NCBI RefSeq assembly: GCF_006345805.1
Contig: NC_043023.1
Coordinates: 1,488,001 to 1,552,000 of the forward strand
Reading direction: 5' to 3'
DNA length: 64,000 bases
Source: Octopus sinensis
Lineage: Eukaryota
The notes below the pieces were generated by a model. The model did no database searches. It saw only the letters and a list, made by a program, of their open reading frames with translations, and was not told the origin of the DNA. Position numbers and translations under genes: made by a program. Below are positions 13,255 to 26,587 of the stretch, piece after piece; positions within the stretch are counted from its first letter, which is position 1; every line of letters begins with the position of its first letter.

Positions 13255-13704
13255 ATACGTGTGTGTGTGTGTGTGGTGAGGGAGAGAAAGAGATAGACAA
13301 GCAGACAGAAAAAGAAGTATATAAATAATATGCACCCATTTCTGTCAATAGGACTCTCCACTCAGATGAGGGCTTTTGTCTTGCAAGTTACTGGGTGGAC
13401 CCACTGGTGCTGGTGCCACATAAAAAGCACCCGGTGGTTGGCTTTAGGGAGGGCATCCAACCAGAGAAACCTTGCCAAAGTAGATAGTATAGACAGCAGG
13501 GATTGGTGTGGACTTCTGACTTGCCAGCTCCCCAGGAACAGGGCAGCATAGAGGAAGGTAGTCAGATGATGATGATGATGATGAGGCGGAGGAGGAGGAG
13601 GAAAATGACACAACTCAGACACACTAAAACAAAAATTCCATACAGTAAAGTACAAATCAAAGAAAGTGCACACCACCAACACCACCACCAGAACTGCTGA
13701 CAAC

Positions 13705-14390
13705 ACTTGACACACGCACACACAAACACACATGCAGACATACACACACATGCAGACACACACACACATGCACACACACACACATGCAGACACACACACA
13801 CAATGCAGACACACACACACACATGCAGACACAGACACACACAAATACAGACACACACATGCAGACACACACACACACATGCAGACACACACACAATGCA
13901 GACACACACACACAATGCAGACACACACACACACATGCAGACACAGACACACACAAATACAGACACACACATGCAGACACACACACACACATGCAGACAC
14001 ACACACACAATGCAGACACACACACAAATACTACCACACATGCAGACACCACACACACACATGCAGACACAATCACAAACAAATACAGACACACACATGC
14101 AGACACACACACACCACACACACACACAGACACAGACACACACAAATACAGACACACACATGCAGACACACACACACACACATGCAGACACAATCAAAAA
14201 CAAATACAGAGACACACACACACACACACACAGACACAGACACACACAAATACAGATACACACATGCAGACACACACACACACACATGCAGACACAATCA
14301 CAAACAAATACAGACACACACACGCAGACAAACACACACACAGGCACATACATACACACACACACACACACACCCACACAAAGACACATG
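13705..14390. repeat. CA-rich minisatellite with atgcagacac spacer
   Basis: Direct reading. Confidence 0.9.
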
Positions 14391-15117
14391 ACAGCTGAGG
14401 TCAGTCGGTTTAATTCCATCATACATCATACCTGCAGTTTAATATCTGCGTTTATTTAATTGTAGCATAATTGATGACAAGATTGAATTTGTGATCAATT
14501 TAAACAGTTTTCAACATTTACTGGGTGTGCAACATTGTGTTGTGGTGTGGAGAAGTGCGATGCAGGAGCGGTGTTGGTGCGGGGTTGGTGAGAAAATCTT
14601 GTGTTCTTTGTATCGATTTGTACGCAGGAGTGAACGAACATGACTATGGGTATGACTTGCATAATTTAAGATGCACCGGAGCATCTCACATATATCTGTA
14701 TGTAAGTATGCATATGTGCAAATACATATCATCATTGTTTAATGTCTGCTTTCCATGCTAGCATGGGTTAGATGGTTAGACTTAGGACTGGCAAGCTAGT
14801 AGGTTGCATCAGGCTCCAATCTGATCTGGCAATGTTTCTACAGCTGGATGCCCTTCCTAATGCCAACCACTCCGTAAGTGTAGTGGGTGCTTTGTATGTG
14901 CCACAGGCATGAGGACCAGTTAGGCAGTACTGGCATTGGCCATGCTCAAATAGGGCTTTATATGTGCCACCTGCACAGGAGTCAGTCCGGCCGCACTGGC
15001 AATATATATATATATTGTTGTATTTAGGTATGGTCATGTTGCTAGTTTCGCCAATAAAAACACACACACTATATATTTGGTGTTATTTATTTTTTACATT
15101 AATCTTAATCTTACTTC

Positions 15118-15162
15118 GGCCAGAGTTCTTTCGTCACACTTCTGCGACCTCATCAGTGGTCC
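15118..15162 (-). ncRNA. Minimal hammerhead ribozyme with extra base after A9
   Basis: ggacca CTGATGA g gtcgca gaag tgtgac GAAA gaac TC tggcc. A sister copy at 52931-52975(+) has a mutated core (CTGATGC). Confidence 0.65.
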
Positions 15163-15340
15163 TTTGCTTTCTTCTTTCTTATTTGTGTGTCTCTCCTTTC
15201 TAACTTTATTGGCTAAACTGGCAACATGACCATTTCTAAATACAACAATATCTGTCTCAACACACATATGTATATGTATATATACATATCTGTATGTAAG
15301 TATGCATACATGCAAATATACATGTGTGTATAAGTATATA

Positions 15341-15377
<37 letters not shown>

Positions 15378-15630
15378 GTATATGTGTGTGTGTGTGTGTG
15401 TATGAGCTAAATGAGTGAATGGAGAAATGAAAGAAAACAGCACTCAACACATTTAGTAGGGGCCACATGTATTCAGCTCCATGCAACTTAATGCTTCATG
15501 GACCTCCAACAAAATTGTCTCTTTCAGGCTGAGGATATAGAATGGAGAAGGACAGGAAGTCCAAGATAGCTACCAGATGATGAGGTGCTGTGGTCAAAGT
15601 GGGCTACATGCTATTCTATATATATATATA

Positions 15631-16008
15631 CACTTGCGTCAGAAATTAATTAGCACTTCTCAAATTTCTACATTAAATAGGTTAAATCAATTAACCTTAT
15701 GAGCTGTTCAAAACGTCTTACGCGATGAGAAAACTTAGTATGGTGTGATTTCGGTCCTTGCGAGGCGCTACCTATATCTATTAAACAAAGGAAGATTTGT
15801 CTGCATCCGCACTCCAAGTTGTTGCACTGCTATGTCAACATCATAAGGCTGTAGACTCTCAAACTGCTCTGCAAACAAAGTTACGTCATCGTTCTGCGCA
15901 ACAGTGAACTCGCAACAAAGCAATAGTTCGAGATATGGCCACTAGGTGACAGCACATACCTTGAGTGAAGAGCAAATCAAGGGTGCTAATTAATTTCTGA
16001 CGGGAGTG
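15631..16008. mobile_element. Tc1/mariner-type non-autonomous element (MITE)
   Basis: ~26-bp TIRs cacttgcgtcagaaattaattagcac / gtgctaattaatttctgacgggagtg, with TA on both flanks. Confidence 0.8.
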
Positions 16009-18319
16009 TATATATATATATATATATATATTTATTACGTTTAAATATTTGTTGTGCAAGATTTTTTATGTGAAGTCGTGTGTTGAAACAGATATTGTTA
16101 TATTTCGGAATGGTCATTTTGCCAGTTTAGCCAATAAATAACACTGAAGCAAAATAACACCAAATATATAGTGCGTGTGTTTTTATTGGCTAAACTGGCA
16201 AAATGACCATTCCGAAATATAACAATATATATTTATTCTTTTACTTGTTTCAGTCATTTGACAGTGGCCATGCTGGAGCACCTTCTTTCAGTTTCCGTCT
16301 ACCAAATCCACTCACAGGGTTTTGGTCGGCCCGAGGCTATAGTAGAAGACACTTGCCCAAGGTGCCACACAGTGGGACTGAACGCAAAACCATGTGGTTC
16401 ATAAGCAAGCTACTTACCACACAGCCACTCCTACAGACACACACATATATACATAGATGATAGTTTTCCAAGTTTCTGTCTAACAAATCCACTCACAATG
16501 CTTTGGTCAGCCTGGGGAGATAGCAGAAAGCATTGGTCCAATGTAACTCATTGTGGAACTGATCCAAAGACCACATGATCGAGAAGTGAGCTTCTTAACC
16601 ACACAGCTATTCCTGTATACACACATGTATAATTGGATTGCAGGTATATCCATGTCTGTGTATGCATGCCTGTGTGCGCATGTATGCGTGTCTTTAAAGT
16701 CCGATGTTTTATGACAATCCATGCAGTTACAAGTGGTGATGTGGCTGTCATTTCCCTGGTCAACCGATCATCTTTCGGCCAAGTACCTTTGAAGACATAT
16801 AAGAAAAGACAAACTATGAACACTTGCATGAGAAAAGCATGTCAGTGTTAGCAACTGGAAAGGCATCCAAGTGTGACAAAGTCCTTCAAGAATATATCCA
16901 TCTAACCTATGCCGTCGTGGAAAAACAGACATACAAATGACCTAACAAATAATGATAATGATTTTGAAATTTGGCAGGAAACCAGCAATTTCAGGAGAGG
17001 AACTAAGTCGATTACATTGACTCCAGTGCTTATTTTATCGACCCCAAAAGGATGAAAGGTAAAGTTGATCTCAGCAGAATTTGAACATGTAGGACTGGCT
17101 GTGTGGTAAGCAGCTTGCTAACCAACCACATGGCTCTGGGTTCAGTCCCACTGCATGGCACCATGGGCAAGTGTCTCCTACTATAGCCTCGGCCTGACCA
17201 AAGCCTTGTGAGTGGATTTTGTAGACGGAAACTAAAAGAAGCCTGTCGTATATATGTATATATATATGTATGTGTGTGTGTTTGTGTGTCTGTGTTTGTC
17301 CCCCCCAACATCGCTTGACAACCGATGCTGGTGTGTTTACGTCCCCGTAACTTAGCGGTTCGGCAAAAAGGACCGATAGAATAAGTACTGGGCTTACAAA
17401 GCATAAGTCCTGGGGTCGATTTGCTCGACTAAAGGTGGTGCTCCAGCATGGCCACAGTCAAATAACTGAAACAAGTAAAAGAATAAATATATATTGTTAT
17501 ATTTCGGAATGGTCATTTTGCCAGTTTAGCCAATAAAAACACACGCACTATATTTTGCTTCAGTGTTATTTATTGGCTAAACTGGCAAAATGACCATTTC
17601 GAAATATAACAATATCTGTTTCAACACACGACTTCACATAAAAAATCTTGCACAACAAATATTTAAACGTAATAAATATATATATATATATATATACACT
17701 CCCGTCAGAAATTAATTAATAATAACCTCCCCTGTTCAAAGGTTATAATGGACACAGATTCCTGTGTCACATAGCTAGCTAGAGGCGATGGCCTCTTGGA
17801 GTTAATCAACGGCAGCATTCGTCCTATATTTCTGGACTGTCATATTAGCTTGACAAAACTATTAATATCCAGTACCACTGTCATAGTCTCCTTTGGAGAG
17901 ACTTAGAAATATTAATATTTCTAATAATAATAATGATAATAATAATAATCCTTTCTATTATAGGCACAAGGACTGAAATTTTGGGGGAATGGGGATAGTC
18001 AATTACATCAACCCCAGTGCATAACTGGTACTAATTATATCAACCCCGAATGGATGAAAGGCAAAGTCGACCTTGGCAGAATTTGAACTCAGAACTAATA
18101 ATCCTTTCTATAATGGGCACAAAGCTTGAAAGTTTATGGTAGGAAGTGCAGTGGGAGGTGGGGCTAGTCGATTACATCCACCACAGTACTTATCTGATAT
18201 ATAATCACAGTGTTGCAGAGTGGGATTGAACTGGAAACCATGTATATGCAAAGCAAGCTTGTTAACCACACGGCCATGCTAGGGCATGTGAAAATACTCT
18301 AGAAAAAAAAAAAAAAAAC

Positions 18320-18480
18320 TTCACCAAAGATGCATTGCTGAAAGCGTTTGAGATGCGGGAAAAAATGCTTCTGGAGTGGTATATTTGTGGCAAAGGGAAT
18401 TATTTTGAAGGAGGCAAGTATAATTAAAATGTAAATGAAGAATTGAATTTTGTTTTAGTTTTTCAAAAGTCTGGGATTTT
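18320..18480 (+). mobile_element. Mariner transposase 3' remnant
   Basis: Decayed ...AKGNYFEGGKYN* resembles the mariner C-terminal GxYFEG motif and is followed by TIR-like sequence. Confidence 0.5.
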
Positions 18481-18769
18481 GCAGGCAGAATGCTTATCCA
18501 AACATTGGGTTATGCTGCCATCCAACCATACACAGACGTATTCAATGAAAATCACATAAACGTATACATGCTTGCAGTGCAAATATACACAATTATATAC
18601 ATTCACACAGAATTCTAACAAAAATACTTAAAATTTATATATGTGAAATTAATACATTTATGGGTATGTATATATATGTATGGGGGCATATAGATATGTG
18701 TGTACACATACAAACAGTAAGGCAATCACACTACCATACATATAAAAACATACATACATACACACATAA

Positions 18770-18808
<39 letters not shown>

Positions 18809-19028
18809 GGTGTGTATGTGTAGGTGTTTATGTTTACACATATACATATGTATATTATACATATATAATATAGATGTATATATGTATACATGTATATGCA
18901 TACATACATACACATAAATATATATGCATACATATACACACACACACACATATATATATACCATCCACACATACATGCATATATACAAGCTTACATACAT
19001 GTACATACATTTATATATATATATGCAT

Positions 19029-19068
<40 letters not shown>

Positions 19069-19495
19069 GTATATATATATATGTATATATATATATATGT
19101 GTGTATATATATACATGCATACATATATGTATATATATGTATACATACATACATATATATATATATATATGTATATATATATGTATGTATAATATATATA
19201 CACATTTACCTATATTTAGGAACACATCAATAGAGAACCCGCACACACGTACATAGTGAACGTACAAAAATGAAAAAAATAAAAATATAATTAAATTTCA
19301 AGATCAATTAAGATAAAATATATGTCAGTTGTTAATTACAGATCTTGCTTTTTCTGCACTCTGTCAAGGATCAAGGAGAGAATGTGTATATATATATATA
19401 TTATATATATATGCGTACACACACACACGCTCATATATATGTATATGTACGTATATACACTTATATATACATCTCGCTCTCTCTTTCTCTTTCTT

Positions 19496-19550
<55 letters not shown>

Positions 19551-19692
19551 CTGTCTCTCTTTATATATATATATGTATGTGTATATATATATGCATGTGT
19601 ATATATATACATGTGTGGGTGAGTATATACTTTATCTATCCATCTATATATTATAATTGATAGTAGCTATATATAAAGAGACAGACAGCTTG

Positions 19693-19757
<65 letters not shown>

Positions 19758-20712
19758 TATGTGTGTGTGTGTGTATGCATACATGCATGTCTATATGCAC
19801 ACATATCTATACACACATATATAAAAAAATTCTTGCTGTCATCACGAAACTCAACAGTGGCACCACCACCACCACCACCACTAATACACCACTACCGCCA
19901 CCATACCAGAACCACCAATCTTGTTAATATGCAGAACAAGATACTTCTAATTAGACAAACTTATTAAATAAACGAAAAAAAAAAGAAGATTGACGAAGAA
20001 GATGAAGGAAACGGAGAACAGCATCCAAGACAAGACCATTCATAAGATGGTGCTATGTCACTCACTTGAGACGGCGCTGTCTTTACCATTAATGGTGGTG
20101 CCATCGTCATTTTGGTCTTCTTCTTCATATCCTTCAAATGGTAAATACAACTTTGCAAATGGTCTCTTTTCTGACACATGACAGATGTGTATACATGTGT
20201 ATGTATATATATATATATACACTTAGATACACATACATGTATATTTATATATAATATAGACACACACACATACACGTATATTGATATATAATATACACTC
20301 ACATATATACATCTATACACACGCGCATCTAAATCTACAAATATAAACATATATATATATGCACACACATACACATTCAGACACACACATATACATACAT
20401 GTATATATACACATACATATACACATCTATATACATGCGCATCTATATCTACATATGTAAACATATATATATATATATGCACACACATACACATTCACAC
20501 AGACATACACACACACATATACATACATGTATATATACACATACATATACACATCTATACACACGCGCATCTATATCTACAAATATAAACATATATATAT
20601 TATATGCACACACATACACATTCACAGACACACACACATATACATACATGTATATATACACATACATACACACACACACATATATATATATATATAGAGA
20701 CACACACACATA

Positions 20713-20948
20713 CAGTGTGGCCCAAAAGTAGGTTGACAGTAATTCAACTTATCTCTTTCGCATTCATATATTAACAATTTAAATCTCAATTGTAAAAAAA
20801 ATATGAAACCATTATTCTATGCTAATTTAGTTAATTTTATCAAGCTCCCTTTTCAGTTTGCAAGATAAAAATTTAAATATAATAAAATGTTTTAAAAGGA
20901 ATTTAAAATGCCTACTTAATAATTGTAAACCTGCTTTTGGGCCACCCT
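20713..20948. mobile_element. Tc1-like MITE
   Basis: TIRs cagtgtggcccaaaagtaggttgacagt / aattgtaaacctgcttttgggccaccct. Confidence 0.65.
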
Positions 20949-21686
20949 CATCATCATCATCATCATTTAACGTCCGTTTTCCGCGCTAGCACGGGTTGGA
21001 CGGTTCGACCGGGATCTGGGAAGCCAGGAGGCTGCACCAGGCTCCAGTCTGATCTGGCAGTGTTTCTACAGCTGGATGCCCTTCCTAATGCCAACCACTC
21101 CACGAGTGTAGTGGGTGCTTTTTACGTGCCATTGGCACAGGTGCCAAGGGAGTCTGGCAGCGGCCACGATCGGTTGGTGTTTTTACCATGCCACCGGCAC
21201 AAAGCCAGTCAAGGCAGCGCTGACATCAGCCATGTTTGGATGGTGCTTTTTATGTAATTAATTTGTATCTATTAGGTCTCTCCGTTTTCAAACTTAATAA
21301 TATATTTATATCATTAACATCATTGTTTAACGTCTGCTTTCCATGTTGTCATGGGTTGGATGGTTTGACTGAGAATTGGTGAGCTGACAGGCTGCACCAG
21401 GGTCCCTAATTTGGCAAGGTTTCTACAGCTGGATGCCCTTCCTAATGCCAAGATCTTCAAGAGTGTAGTCGGTGCTTTTTACATGCCACTGGCACAGGTG
21501 CCAATTAGGAACATAAATGGGTGACAGTCAGACACACACAGGTGCCAGTGAGGCCCATAAACATCCACACACACAAACACACACATATATATATATATAC
21601 GCACTGGGGTCGATGTAATCGAATTAATCCGTTTGTCTGTCCTTGTTTGTCTCCTCTGTGTTTAGCCCCTTGTGGGTAGTAAAGAA

Positions 21687-21717
<31 letters not shown>

Positions 21718-22458
21718 TTCTTACATACATATATATATATATATATACATATATATACTTACATATACAAACACATATAGACATATACACACACACAGGC
21801 ACAGACACAAACACGTATATATATCATCATCATCGTCGTTTAACGTCCGTTCTCCATGCTAGCATGGGTTGGACGGTTCGACCGGGGTTCTGGGAAGCCA
21901 GAAGGCTGCACCAGGCTCCAGTCTAATCTGGCAATGTTTCTACAGCTGGATGCCCTTCCTAACGCCAACCACTCCGTGAGTGTAGTGGGTGCTTTTTACG
22001 TGCCACCTGCACAGGTGCCAGGCGGGGCTGGCAACGGCCACGGTCAGATTGGTGTATTTTATGTGCCACCGGCACGGAAGCCAGTCGAGGCGGTGCTGGC
22101 ATCGGCCACGAGTCGGATAGTGCTTTTTACGTACCACCAGACCAGGGATCCTGGCTGGTTCAATTCGATTTCGATTTCGCTTGCCCCAACATGTCTTCAC
22201 AAGCAAAGGGGGTTGGCATGGGTGCCTGTCGTACGGTCGCATTGGAGTATTTTACGTGCCAGGCCACGAGTCATATATATATATATATATATGATTACCC
22301 GTAATCATTTTACTTAGGGACTAGCAGACCTGACATCATTCATTAATCGGTGTGCATTCAACGCAATGATTAGTAAATTCATGAAACCGGTATGCTTTTG
22401 AATCTTTTTAACAATTCACAATAATGACTTTTATTTCTTTTATTCCTCCCTCAGTTCA

Positions 22459-22507
<49 letters not shown>

Positions 22508-24501
22508 TATATAGGGGGAAAGTAAAAAGAAAATTAAGCGAAAATGCACATTGGAAATCAAAAGAAGTAAAGACTTTTTATGAAAAGTAACAATAAATAT
22601 ATACAATTAGATGAACTGAGGTAGGAATAAAAGTAATAAAAGTCATTATTGTGAATTGTTAAAGAGATTCAAAAGCATACCGGTTTCGTGAATTTACTAA
22701 TCATTGTTTTGAATACACACCGATTAATGAATGGTGTCAGGTCTGCTAGTCCTTGAGTAAAAAGATTATGTGTAAGGGAGGTAAGTAGATCTGAATTTGG
22801 TGCAATTAGGGTAGATATAGATCTGTAATGTATGGGCTTCTTTCAGTTTCCACCAACCAAATTCCCTCACAAGGCTCTGGTTGGCCTAAAACTATAGTAG
22901 AAAACACTTGCCCAAGGTGCCATGCAGTGGGACTGAACACAGAATCATGTGTTTGGGAAGCAAACTTCTTACCACACAGCAACATCTATGCTTAAAACAG
23001 TGTGTATAACATTTACAACGTATAAAATGCATACACAGATGTAGAATTGTGGTAGCAGTAATACTTTGACTCTAAAAAAATACAATTGTAAGTGACTTGT
23101 GTGTTCAGAAACACAAACCTCACGCAAAATGTCATCAGCAGATCATCAGACACTGGTGTTTCAACCTCATTTGGTCTTCTCAGTGATGAAAACGCTTGGA
23201 TATTCTGAGCTAAGTATAAATATTCATTCTGATATAGAAATCAATAGGCAAAAACACTCAGATATTTGTTCTGAAGATGGTCAGGCTAAAATTTAATCAA
23301 TATTTATTCTCTGGAAGCAGAGTTAGATAATATGCCAACTCTTATATGTTTATTGAAGGTGTAGACTGACCTGTCATTATGTCAATACAGAATGCAAACA
23401 AGGTATCACAGTTTCACTCTAGCTGAACCACAGGATGTCAACATTTACATACATTCTTACATACATATTTAGACAGGCACACGCAAAAATGCACACACTC
23501 ACAAACACACACATACATGGTCACGGTTATAAACCCACACAGACACACATGCAAAGACAGATGCATATGCATACACAAAAGTACACATAGACATGTAAAT
23601 ATACATGCATATACCTGCACACTCACATGGACACATACACACACATTCATACATAGACACACCAATGCATGCACTCACATATACAGACACAAATATGCAC
23701 AAAATTAACCCCCCCACACACACAAATGCACATATAAGATGCACATATAAATGCAAGGACACACACACAACAGGTTTCCTGCAGTTTCCATCTACCAAAA
23801 TTTAATCACAATGCATTGGTCAGCCCAGGGCCACAGTAAAAGAGATTTGCTCATGGTGCTGCACTGAGGAACTGAACCCCAAATCACTTAGTTGCATAGC
23901 AAATATCTTAACCACACAGCCAGGTATGCACTGATGCACATTAACGTCATTTGCTCAGTAGAAGTCATTTGCCTATGGTGCCACGCAGTGGGACTGAACC
24001 TGGAACCATGTGGTTGGGCAGCAAGCTTCTTACCACACAGCCAAACCAACTCATAACACACATGTACACACACACACGGGGACACACACGCACACAGATT
24101 CATATGTAAGCAACAGGGTAAGGAATTATTCATAGAATCTGCAAAAAACCATAGCAGTTAACGAGGAAAATAATTAGCAGGATGTCAAAATTAAAAACGT
24201 TGACAGGCTCTTCAGTAATAGCTGTCATCGTGTAGTGAGGTGGAGATGGAGCAGGCATGTGGGTTCAATCCCAGTCAGAACCAGATCAATCAATGTCTGC
24301 TACAGGCAGTTTGATTTCTCACATTTTGGTTGTTTTGTGGTGGTTGTGGTTGTTCTAGCTGTTGCTGTCGATGATGATGACGTTGATGTCGTAGTTGATG
24401 CAGTTCTTTTTTATGTTGTATATTTTACAGACCATTTCAGTGTGTATATTTACGCAAACACTCACCCATTCATACAAACATATACACACTCACAAACATG
24501 C

Positions 24502-24542
<41 letters not shown>

Positions 24543-24576
24543 TATATACATACGTGTGAGTATACATATATATATG

Positions 24577-24624
<48 letters not shown>

Positions 24625-24847
24625 GGCATAGGAGTGGCTGTGTGGTAAGTAGCTTGCTAACCAATCACATGGTTCCAGGTTCAGTCCACTGCGTGGTACC
24701 TTGGGCAAGTGTCTTCTGCTATAGCCCCGGGCCAACCAATGCCTTGTGAGTGGATTTGGTAGACGGAAACTGACAGAAGCCTGTCGTATATATATATATA
24801 TGTGTGTGTGTATACATATATATACACATTTATATATATACACACAC

Positions 24848-24882
<35 letters not shown>

Positions 24883-25047
24883 AAAGATAAATGCGATACA
24901 ATAAAATTAATTATAATCGCCGGTGTACCAGTACACGCCATATATTATACATATATCATTACATTCAAGGCGAAGAGTGCACTAGATACACAATAGCTGG
25001 ATAAATTTAGTGAGATGAAAATTAAAAACTTTTACAAACTTAACTTT

Positions 25048-25120
25048 TCTTATACTGCAGTTTCGCCAAATTCAGTAATAAAAATAGTATTTATTTACTC
25101 AGGCTGGCTCTTCAGTAAGA
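25048..25120 (-). ncRNA. Minimal type-I hammerhead ribozyme, intact core
   Basis: tctta CTGAAGA gcca[36 nt]tggc GAAA ctgcag TA taaga: 5-bp stem I, 4-bp stem II, palindromic stem III ACTGCAGT, GUA cleavage site. Confidence 0.8.
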
Positions 25121-26587
25121 TTCCTGTTAATGATGGGAAGACCATATCAATAGACCCATGTGCATCTATCGAAATGCTCTTTCTAAACTATTCAAAACAC
25201 TGCGCAGACTCAGAACAAACCCGACAAAATAGGGGATTGTGGTATATCGTCTAACGGTCAGAAATTTATCGAGAGAATATGTAAACAAAGATAAATGCGA
25301 TACAATAAAATTAATTATAAATATGTCCAAGGTCTGTATCATACTCCAACATATGTTGTAGCATTGTTTCTATGGCTGGATGCCCTTCAAATATCAACCA
25401 CTTTACACTGTGTTCTGGGTGAGATCACCATGCAGCTAGCATGACTGTGAACCCCATGGAAGTGGCTTTACCCTATGAGACACAGGGTTTAACCCCTTCC
25501 TCAGCGACTTTTTTTTTGAGAAAATGTTTCATTTTCAGACAACTTTTTAATTGCTTTTTTTAATAGTATTTTTAATGCTGATTACTCTTTTACTTGTTTC
25601 TGTCATTTGACTGTGGCCATGCTGGAGCACCACCTTTAGTTGAGCAAATTAACCCCAGGACTTATTCTTTGTAAGCCTAGTAGTTATTCTATCGGTCTCT
25701 TTTACTCTTTTACTTGTTTCTGTCATTTGACTGTGGCCATGCTGGAGCACCACCTTTTGTTGAGCAAATTAACCCCAGGACTTATTCTTTGTAAGCCTAG
25801 TAGTTATTCTATCACCCTGTTTTGCCGAACCGCTAAGTTACAGGGATGTAAACACACCAGTATTGGTTGTCAAGGGATGTTGGCGGAACAAACAGACACA
25901 AACATATACACACAAACACACACACACACATATATATACATATATCCGATGGGCTTTTTTCAGTTTCCGTCTACCAAACCCGCTCACAAGGCTTTGGTCA
26001 GCCCGAGGCTATAGCAGAAGACACTTGCCCAAGGTGCCACGCAGTGGGACTGAACCCGGAACCATGTGGTTCATAAGCAAGCTACTTACCACACAGCCAC
26101 TCCTCTGGAAATAACTTTTAACAATTCGTTGTGCAAGATCCCAGATGTGAAATTGTGTGTTGAAACAGAAATTGTATTTCAGGATGATCTTTTTTTTTTT
26201 TGTTTTGGCCAAATAAACACACACAGTATACATTTTTACTTCACTTGTTTATTGCCATTCTTATTTCATTATTTTAACTCATGTCCATTGTCCAGAAATC
26301 TTCAGTAACACTCGTCATTTTCATGTGTGTTCTTACTCCACTTACTTCATCCCAAAATATCTTTTGTTTTTATCTATTTTCAATATTTTACTTGAAATTT
26401 TATTTTGAAGATACCATTTTGCTCTCTCATCTGATGTATCCAAGCTTCTAATAGAAGGTTTGTACTCATTGTCACCTTCTGAGTGCAACATCTGAGCATA
26501 ATTCATAAAAAAAAACAGATAGAAACTGAGAAATGCCAAGAACTAATGTATAAACTTCTCTATGGCAGTTTTTGAAATTGTTTTGGA

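Noticed and set aside
23130-23165. Two adjacent CTGATGA heptamers on the minus strand
   Set aside because: There is no downstream GAAA or stem architecture.
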